A stretch of DNA of 64,000 nt, taken from the NCBI GenBank assembly GCA_937127445.1, contig CAKZLY010000030.1, forward strand, positions 10,023 through 74,022. Reading direction: 5' to 3'. A program made the translations under genes and the position numbers. Each line of letters starts with the position of its first letter. Position 1 is the first letter of the stretch. The notes under the pieces are model-generated. The model was not told the DNA's origin and did no database searches. It saw nothing but the letters and a program-made list of their open reading frames with translations. Positions 57,109-64,000 of this stretch are shown piece by piece. Origin of the DNA: an uncultured Ignavibacteria bacterium. GTDB taxonomy: Bacteria; Bacteroidota; Ignavibacteria; Kapaibacteriales; UBA2268.

Positions 57109-59004
57109 ATGATGAAAAGTTCAATAAATATAACCGATAGTTTTGGCAGCAGTTCAATCAGAAAAACTTTTAAATTAGCGATAATTTTAGTTGCCGGAAT
57201 ATTTATTTTCAGGTTGGCGCAACTGCAATTGCTGCAAGGGAGTAAATATCTGGATGTAAGCCAAACACAAGCAATAAAGCAGATTAGAATAGCACCGTTC
57301 AGAGGAAATATGTTCGATAGGAATGGATTGTTGATAGTTCACAACGAACCTTCATTTTCAATCATTATCACACCGTATGAGTTCGATAGAGATATTATAC
57401 CATATTTATCTAAACTAATTGGAATAAGTGAAGAAGAAATAATTAGCACACTTGAAAAAAATAAAAACTATTCACCGTTTGAACCGGTAAAAATAATGAA
57501 AGATGTGCCATTTGAGATAGTCAGCAAAATTGAGGAGAACAGCGATGAATTACCAGGAGTGGAAGTAATAATTGAGCCAAAACGACTTTATGAATTCGAC
57601 GGTAATATGGCACACCTACTTGGATATACCCGCGAAGTAACCCGTGCACAATTAGAAAAGCACAGATATTTACGACCGGGTGATATTATTGGACAATCAG
57701 GCATTGAACAAACTTACGATGCATTTTTAAGAGGGAGACAAGGCATACAATTTGTTGCAGTCAATAAATTTGGACAGAGAGTTGCAAGTTTTGATAATGG
57801 GAAGCAAGATATTGCACCAAACAATGGATTTGATTTATACACTACATTAGATATAAAATTACAGGAACTCGCAGAGAAATTATTAGAAGGAAAGCGTGGA
57901 GCAGTGGTTGCATTAGACCCGCAGAACGGAGAAATATTAGCACTTGCAAGCAAGCCAGATTACGACCCAAGAGCATTCAGCGGAAGAGTTCCCGCTGATT
58001 TATATAAACAATTATCCGAAGACCCATGGAGCCCGCTTTTGCATAGAGCAATCCAGTCGCAATATCCACCTGGCTCGACCTGGAAAATGCTTGTAGCAAT
58101 AGCAGCATTAAACGAAGGGATTATTGATGAAAATACAACCATATACTGCCCTGGAAGTTTTACTTTTGGGAATAGGTCTTTTAAATGCCACGGCGCTCAC
58201 GGAGCGATCAATGTTCGAAGTGCAATAAAAAGCTCTTGCAATGTATATTTCTATCAGCTTGGTCTCAAAATTGGGATGGAAAATTTAGAAAAATATGGGA
58301 AAATGTTTGGCTTTGGGCAAAAGACATTTATTGATTTGCCAAATGAAAAGACGGGAAGACTACCGACTGTTGAGTGGTTAGAAAAAGTTTATGGGAAAGG
58401 AGGTGCCTCACGTGGCAGAATGGTGAATTACGGTATTGGTCAGGGGGAGATACTCGTTACACCTCTTCAAATGGCAGCGTATACAGCAGCAATAGCAAAC
58501 GAGGGCACATATTATCAACCTCATCTTGTGCGTGCCATATCAAATAACATTTCAAATAAAGTTGAGCCAGTAGCTTTTTCTTCAAGGAAACTTCCTATTG
58601 ACAAAGGAATCTTTAAAATTATCAAAGATGGGATGTTCGATGTAGTAAACGCACCTGGAGGGACTGCTTCGTATGCACGGATGACGTCGGTTGAAGTATG
58701 TGGCAAAACTGGCACAGCACAAAATCCACACGGGAAAGACCATGCCTGGTTTGTTTGCTTTGCACCGAAGGAAAATCCGCGAATTGTGCTTGCTGTGTTA
58801 GCTGAAAATTCAGGGTTTGGAGGAGCCGTTGCGGCACCAATAGCAAAGCAGCTGCTCGAAGCATTTTTCCATCCTGAAACATTTGACAGAAACAAAATTT
58901 ACGTCCCGAAGGAGCCATCGCAGGAGGATACAACACCTGATGAAGAGAGTGAAGTTGAAAGTGAGTTTCGCCAGGCAGCTTTACGTGAAGAAATTAATTA
59001 TTAA
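57109..59004 (+). CDS. mrdA: Penicillin-binding protein 2
   Basis: RGNMFDRNG; HLLGY; IGQSGIEQTY; YPPGSTWK (SxxK), SCN (SxN), GKTGTAQ; DHAWF. Confidence 0.93.
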   Translation: MMKSSINITDSFGSSSIRKTFKLAIILVAGIFIFRLAQLQLLQGSKYLDVSQTQAIKQIRIAPFRGNMFDRNGLLIVHNEPSFSIIITPYEFDRDIIPYLSKLIGISEEEIISTLEKNKNYSPFEPVKIMKDVPFEIVSKIEENSDELPGVEVIIEPKRLYEFDGNMAHLLGYTREVTRAQLEKHRYLRPGDIIGQSGIEQTYDAFLRGRQGIQFVAVNKFGQRVASFDNGKQDIAPNNGFDLYTTLDIKLQELAEKLLEGKRGAVVALDPQNGEILALASKPDYDPRAFSGRVPADLYKQLSEDPWSPLLHRAIQSQYPPGSTWKMLVAIAALNEGIIDENTTIYCPGSFTFGNRSFKCHGAHGAINVRSAIKSSCNVYFYQLGLKIGMENLEKYGKMFGFGQKTFIDLPNEKTGRLPTVEWLEKVYGKGGASRGRMVNYGIGQGEILVTPLQMAAYTAAIANEGTYYQPHLVRAISNNISNKVEPVAFSSRKLPIDKGIFKIIKDGMFDVVNAPGGTASYARMTSVEVCGKTGTAQNPHGKDHAWFVCFAPKENPRIVLAVLAENSGFGGAVAAPIAKQLLEAFFHPETFDRNKIYVPKEPSQEDTTPDEESEVESEFRQAALREEINY

Positions 59005-59023
59005 CAGAATATTTGGTGTTCCT

Positions 59024-60976
59024 ATGAGAAATCTTTATTTCTTTTCTTTGTTCATGTTGTTATTAACCTGTGGGAATGCACTTTCGCAAAAATATGCACA
59101 ACCTGAAAGCGTTGTTTATGACCAGCACCGAGATTGCTATTATATTTCTAATGTTGGGGTTCAGGGTGTTTATGATGGTCAAATTATCAAACGCAATCCT
59201 AATGGAACGCTTGAATACCTAATTGCAGCAAATCAGTTGCAAGACCCAAAAGGAATGTATATAGTTGGGGATACACTCTTTGTTGCTGATAATTACAAGT
59301 TATATTACATTAATCTAACGTCTCGAGCTATTGTAGGTTCAACTATACTTGGGCTGACAAATCTATTTTTAAACGATATTGTAGCCGACGAACAAGGCTA
59401 TATATACATTTCTGACACTTATCAAGCCAACATTTTTAGGGTAAAAGCAAGCAAACCTGATAAATTTGAGCAATTATCTTTTTTAGGAAGTATGTCCAAT
59501 GCAAATGGGATGATATTCGACAAGGAAAATAACAGAATACTGATCGTTTCTTATCAACCAAATGCTTTGATTTATGCATTAAGTTTAGAAACGTTTCAAA
59601 TTTCTGTAATTCGGAATTCGAGTTTGAGTTATTTAGATGGGATAGCGAGAGATAGAGAGGGGAATTACTATGTTTCTGCTTGGGGAAATAATAATATTGG
59701 TGGTATATATAAATACAACAAGCAACTAACAGAGCCTCCTACACTTGTTTATGGACCACTCAACGGACCCGCTGATATATTAATTGATACAACAAATAAT
59801 ATGCTTGTAATTCCCGAGATGGGAGCAAACAAAGTTCATTTCGTCAGTTTAAGCAATGAAATTCAGCCACCAAGCTTATTATTCCCACCGAATAATAGTA
59901 ATGGTTTTGGTAGAAGTGTAGATTTAAGATTTTCAAAAGTATTCGAAGCGGTGCGCTATGAAGTGCAAGTAAGCAACGATGAAAGTTTTTCAAATATAGT
60001 ATTATCAAAAGAAACATATGATACTTTATTATCAGTAGAGTTAGAGCAAGTTTCGACAAAATATTATTGGAGAATAAGGTCTTTTTCTCTTACTGAACAA
60101 AGTGAATGGAGCGAAGTTTGGACTTTCACGAGTGCTGCAAATTTTTACGAAAAGCCATTACTACTTCAGCCGTCGAATGGGAATTTAAAAACACCACGCC
60201 AGCCTACGTTTGTTTGGACGAAATCAAATCAGTCTTTGTATAAACTTCAAATTTGGACAAACGAGAAAGCACAAGGAAAACCAATTACTGAAATAAGCAA
60301 TATTGCGGACACAACATATAAATTAAGTATAAATCTTGAACTGCAAAATACATATTATTGGAGAGTGATGGCATATTCAGGATATGTTAATAGCGGCTGG
60401 TCTGAGATGTCTATGTTTTATGTAAATGAAACAGCACCATCAGCACCATTATTATATAGTCCCGAAAATGAAGCGACAAATACTTCGCTTACACATAAAT
60501 TCATTTGGCAGAAAACCGATGCAGAAAATTATCGCCTTCAAGTAAGCAAAACATCAAATTTCAACAATGTAGTAATTGATGTTACTGATCTTACAGATAC
60601 AACTTTTACACCGACCGAACAATTGGAAGAAAATACACGCTATTGGTGGAGAGTGCGTGCATATACTGGCTCACAAGGTAGATGGTCACCGGTTTATTCA
60701 TTCACGACGCTGAATTTAGCGTCGGTTAATGAAAGAGCCAATAATAGATTGCAGGTTTATCCAAATCCAGCAAATAGCTACATCAACACAAAGTCGGACG
60801 AGGAAATTTATCAGGTTATGATAATAAATAGCATTGGTCAATTGGTCGGTTATTACAACATAAATGGAGAAAAAACGTTTAGAATTGATATTGATAGAAT
60901 TAATTCGGGAAATTATTACATATTGTTTAAATCGAAAAAAAATGATTATCTTGAAAAATTAATAATTAAAAAATAG
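59024..60976 (+). CDS. Secreted SMP-30/gluconolactonase-like beta-propeller + three Fn3-like repeats + T9SS sorting domain
   Basis: Signal peptide; PESV, PKGM, FLNDI, ANGM, LDGI, GPADI blades; three P.LL.P.N...Y(Y/W)WR(V/I)R...WS repeats; CTD VYPNPA...GNYYI...KLIIK. ATG 59024 preferred. Confidence 0.82.
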   Translation: MRNLYFFSLFMLLLTCGNALSQKYAQPESVVYDQHRDCYYISNVGVQGVYDGQIIKRNPNGTLEYLIAANQLQDPKGMYIVGDTLFVADNYKLYYINLTSRAIVGSTILGLTNLFLNDIVADEQGYIYISDTYQANIFRVKASKPDKFEQLSFLGSMSNANGMIFDKENNRILIVSYQPNALIYALSLETFQISVIRNSSLSYLDGIARDREGNYYVSAWGNNNIGGIYKYNKQLTEPPTLVYGPLNGPADILIDTTNNMLVIPEMGANKVHFVSLSNEIQPPSLLFPPNNSNGFGRSVDLRFSKVFEAVRYEVQVSNDESFSNIVLSKETYDTLLSVELEQVSTKYYWRIRSFSLTEQSEWSEVWTFTSAANFYEKPLLLQPSNGNLKTPRQPTFVWTKSNQSLYKLQIWTNEKAQGKPITEISNIADTTYKLSINLELQNTYYWRVMAYSGYVNSGWSEMSMFYVNETAPSAPLLYSPENEATNTSLTHKFIWQKTDAENYRLQVSKTSNFNNVVIDVTDLTDTTFTPTEQLEENTRYWWRVRAYTGSQGRWSPVYSFTTLNLASVNERANNRLQVYPNPANSYINTKSDEEIYQVMIINSIGQLVGYYNINGEKTFRIDIDRINSGNYYILFKSKKNDYLEKLIIKK

Positions 60977-60977
60977 T

Positions 60978-61781
60978 ATGATTGAAAAAATAAGGTCTAT
61001 TGCAATAGAAGCTGCTATCGAAGCAGGGAAAATACTCAAAGAAGGTTACGGCAAGAATATAAAAATAGGGTCTAAAAGCGGAGTAAATGATTTAGTAACT
61101 GAATATGATATAAAATCTGAAAAAAGGATAATAGAAATACTATCAGCGGAATTCCCAGAAAGTAATTTTCTTTGTGAGGAAAGCGGGAAATCGGATAAAA
61201 CTGGCAATCCAATCAGGTGGATAATTGACCCATTGGACGGAACGGTCAATTACGCGCACAAAGTTCCAATTTTCAGCATAAGTATTGCAGCAGAAGTTGA
61301 TGGGGAAATTGTTGCTGGCGTTGTCTATCAACCAATGGTGGAAGAACTGTTCGTTGCAGTGAAAGGACAAGGTGCATTTTTAAATGGAAAAAGGACTTTT
61401 GTAAGTGATTGTGAAGAAATAAATCGCTCTTATCTTGTTACAGGATTTCCATATAATGTAGGAGAAAATCCGGGGAATTGCATAGAAGTTTTTGTGGATA
61501 TTGTTCAGCTTGGTATACCGGTAAGACGTCTTGGATCAGCGGCATTAGATTTAGCGTATGTAGCAGGAGGACGATTTGATGGGTTCTGGGAAATTGATTT
61601 AAATCCGTGGGATGTAGCTGCGGGAATATTATTGGTTGAAGAAGCTGGCGGAATGGTGTCGAATTTCGATAGAAGCCCATATAAATTAGGCGATAGAACA
61701 ATATTGGCAACTAATGGATTAATTCACATAAAAGCAAGCGAACTCATAACTACTTGTTCACTCGAAAGGAGGAGAAGATGA
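60978..61781 (+). CDS. suhB: Inositol monophosphatase family protein
   Basis: DLVTEYD; EES; WIIDPLDGTVNY; RRLGSAALDL; PWDVAAG. Confidence 0.9.
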   Translation: MIEKIRSIAIEAAIEAGKILKEGYGKNIKIGSKSGVNDLVTEYDIKSEKRIIEILSAEFPESNFLCEESGKSDKTGNPIRWIIDPLDGTVNYAHKVPIFSISIAAEVDGEIVAGVVYQPMVEELFVAVKGQGAFLNGKRTFVSDCEEINRSYLVTGFPYNVGENPGNCIEVFVDIVQLGIPVRRLGSAALDLAYVAGGRFDGFWEIDLNPWDVAAGILLVEEAGGMVSNFDRSPYKLGDRTILATNGLIHIKASELITTCSLERRRR

Positions 61782-62644
61782 ATATTGCTGTAACTTATAT
61801 GTCTGGCTCTGGAAATTTATTTACTGTGATAGATGGAAGAAATTATAATTTTTCCCCAAAAGAATTATCAAAACTGGCAAAGTTTCTATGTCATTCTAAT
61901 CAATTTAACGGAGTGAGGACAGAAGGACTGATTGTAATTCAGGAGTCGAAAGATGAGAAAGTAGATTTTGATGTTGATTTCTTTAACCCCGATGGTTCGA
62001 GCGGAATGATGTGTGGTAATGGTGGCAGATGCGCTATTTTTTATACTAATAAGCACAAAATTACAAAAAACAAAGAACTAAAATTTAGATTTTCAGGGAA
62101 AATATATTCAGGAAGAATAACCGACAAAATTGAGATTGAATTCGAGCCACCCAAAGAAATACGTACTGTTAGTATTGATATTAATGGACGAAATTACAAT
62201 GGAACCTTCGTAAATGTCGGGACCGAGCATTTTGTACTGGAAATAAAGGCGAACACACCAGATAGTTTTTATAAGCTGGATATATCAAATTTAGGTAAGT
62301 TAATCAGAAATCATAGTTATTTTGCACCGAAAGGGACAAATGCTAATTTTTATCTTGAATGGAATGGGAAAATCTTATTGAGAACGTATGAGCGAGGTGT
62401 CGAAGCAGAAACTGGGGCTTGCGGGACTGGTGCAATATCAACAATATTGGCATATCAGAAGAATAATACTACAAAAAGCATTACGGAAGTTATACCAACC
62501 TCTAAAATTCCTGTTTGGGTTGAAATAGTTCGCAGCGGAGAGCAAATAGAAAAAATAATATTATCAGGACCTGCTGAAATAATCGGTTCGCAGGAAGTAA
62601 TATTACCTGACAATTTTATGGAGATTGAAGCACGTATTGGATAA
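61778..62644 (+). CDS. dapF: Diaminopimelate epimerase
   Basis: FNPDGS..MCGNGGRC; VNVGTEH; GTNANF; RTYERGVEAETGACGTG; LSGPA. ATGA overlap with suhB. Confidence 0.92.
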   Translation: MNIAVTYMSGSGNLFTVIDGRNYNFSPKELSKLAKFLCHSNQFNGVRTEGLIVIQESKDEKVDFDVDFFNPDGSSGMMCGNGGRCAIFYTNKHKITKNKELKFRFSGKIYSGRITDKIEIEFEPPKEIRTVSIDINGRNYNGTFVNVGTEHFVLEIKANTPDSFYKLDISNLGKLIRNHSYFAPKGTNANFYLEWNGKILLRTYERGVEAETGACGTGAISTILAYQKNNTTKSITEVIPTSKIPVWVEIVRSGEQIEKIILSGPAEIIGSQEVILPDNFMEIEARIG

Positions 62645-63644
62645 TTTCGGCAGCAGAGCGAACTTGATCGGAAGTTATTTCTAAATAAAAGACAGCACGA
62701 ATAATTTGTCCATCGAAATGGCTTAGTAATAAGCCATTTTTTTTGCATTTTTTGATAAAATCAAGAGGATTGATGGAAGCGGTAAGCTCAAATCGAACAA
62801 TATTAGTCTGGATGCGAGCCATATCCACGTTGATGTGTTCAATTTCCGAAATCAAGGAAGCGAACAAACGAGCATTTTCGTGGTCTATTTTCAGTCGTTG
62901 AAGATTATTTTCGAAAGCGTAAAGACCGGCTGCGGCAAGAATACCAACTTGCCGCATCCCACCACCCAGGATTTTCCTCCAATGACGAGCTTTTTCAATA
63001 TATTCGTTAGATGATACCACAAGCGAACCAATTGGCGCACCGAGCCCTTTCGACAAACAAATTGAAATTGTATCGAAATATTTAGCGTATGAGGCGCCAT
63101 CAATTCCCGTTTCAGCAATTGCATTCCAAATTCGGGCACCATCAAGATGGAGTTTGATCTTGTAAGAATCAGCTAAATCTCGCAATTTTTGTATGTATTC
63201 AATTGGAGCAATAGTTCCACCGTGACGGTTGTGTGTATTTTCAACACAAATGACAGATGTTTTTGGGAAATAATAAATGTTGGGTCTAATAGCTCGCTTT
63301 ATATCATTCAAATCGGGAAATCCGAGTTTAGAACTTATTGTTTTAATCTGAACATTTGAAATAATTGCAGGTGCGGCGGTCTCGTAGTAAAAGATATGAG
63401 CATCGGCATCTGCAATAATTTCGTCGCCTGGTGAGGTGAGCACTTTAAGGCAAAGTTGATTGCTCATTGTTCCGGATGGTACAAACAATGCAGATTCTTT
63501 TCCAAAATAAGAAGCAATTTTTTCTTGAAGTAAGTTTGTGGTTGGGTCTTCGCCATAGACGTCGTCCCCAACTTCGGCAGAGGCAATAGCTTTGCGCATA
63601 TCTTCGTCGGGACGGGTAAGAGTATCGCTTCGCAGATCAATCAT
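62616..63644 (-). CDS. ltaE: Low-specificity L-threonine aldolase
   Basis: IDLRSDT; GDDVYGEDPT; PSGTMSNQ; ENTHN; HLDGARIWNA; CLSKGLGAP; GGGMRQVG. Confidence 0.93.
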   Translation of the reverse strand: MIDLRSDTLTRPDEDMRKAIASAEVGDDVYGEDPTTNLLQEKIASYFGKESALFVPSGTMSNQLCLKVLTSPGDEIIADADAHIFYYETAAPAIISNVQIKTISSKLGFPDLNDIKRAIRPNIYYFPKTSVICVENTHNRHGGTIAPIEYIQKLRDLADSYKIKLHLDGARIWNAIAETGIDGASYAKYFDTISICLSKGLGAPIGSLVVSSNEYIEKARHWRKILGGGMRQVGILAAAGLYAFENNLQRLKIDHENARLFASLISEIEHINVDMARIQTNIVRFELTASINPLDFIKKCKKNGLLLSHFDGQIIRAVFYLEITSDQVRSAAEIIQYVLQSP

Positions 63645-63645
63645 T

Positions 63646-63999
63646 TTAGCTTTCTTTGAATTTTTTCATAATATCTTTTGCTTTAACGCCTTTTCTGGGG
63701 ACAAGAAGAACAGTTTTTGGCGAGAGAGTATCGAGAGTTTGCTGCTTCATACTTGGGTAATAAACACCGGTATAAATATGACCTTCCGAGATATAAGCAA
63801 GATTTTCACTTAAAATTGGGCTATTGGAAAATCTTTTTTGTATCATTTCTTTCATTTGTTCAGGGATAGCAGTTGTATCACCAGGGTTATAAATATATGC
63901 GATCAGAACATCAGGGGACATATGTGAGTGAATTTCGTCTTTTGGGATTTTACTATCTTTATATTTATCAATAATTCTTTTTTGCATTAATTCTTTCGA
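63646..63999 (-). CDS. Hypothetical protein, probably 5'-truncated by the window edge
   Basis: Frame stays open upstream of ATG 63987 to the edge (TCG AAA GAA TTA ATG); stop lies 1 nt before the ltaE start. Confidence 0.6.
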   Translation of the reverse strand, partial: SKELMQKRIIDKYKDSKIPKDEIHSHMSPDVLIAYIYNPGDTTAIPEQMKEMIQKRFSNSPILSENLAYISEGHIYTGVYYPSMKQQTLDTLSPKTVLLVPRKGVKAKDIMKKFKES

Positions 64000-64000
64000 A

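Noticed and set aside
58883..59023. Long N-terminal extensions in the ORF track (58883, 54036, 13589, 6503, 47556, 3771)
   Set aside because: Downstream ATGs give sensible signal peptides or RBS sites and remove large overlaps, so these are not real overlapping coding regions.
1..64000. CRISPR array, transposase, integrase, prophage or recognisable defence genes
   Set aside because: No regularly spaced repeats and no ORF with recognisable cas, DDE, HUH, recombinase or phage motifs were seen.

Overview
AT-rich bacterial chromosome segment, densely coding, most likely from the FCB group (Ignavibacteria/Kapabacteria-like). This is inferred from three proteins with T9SS-type C-terminal sorting domains, recurrent TAnnTTTG -7 promoter elements and the overall gene content. 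It holds about 55 CDS, mostly housekeeping and envelope genes (ftsY end, acyl-CoA carboxyltransferase + biotin carrier, purE, cysS, speB, aspartate aminotransferase-pckA, ftsL-ftsI, mrdA, suhB, dapF, ltaE), and two tRNAs (Glu-CTC; CAT, probably Ile2). No transposase, integrase, prophage or CRISPR array is visible. The best candidate for an undescribed system is at 20047-25401: a soluble 5xPAS-GAF hybrid histidine kinase followed by a protein in which a CheB-type receiver domain is fused to a CheD glutamine-deamidase domain instead of a methylesterase, with no chemoreceptor or che genes nearby. The second candidate is an ECF sigma / anti-sigma / lipoprotein operon (40532-43031) whose anti-sigma appears to span both membranes (anti-sigma domain, TM helix, low-complexity linker, C-terminal beta-barrel). 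Also notable: ftsL-ftsI detached from the dcw cluster and coupled to polysaccharide-export genes, and a small family of related GGCTGCC...CAGCC hairpins. All protein calls come from motif recognition by eye; no database search was run.
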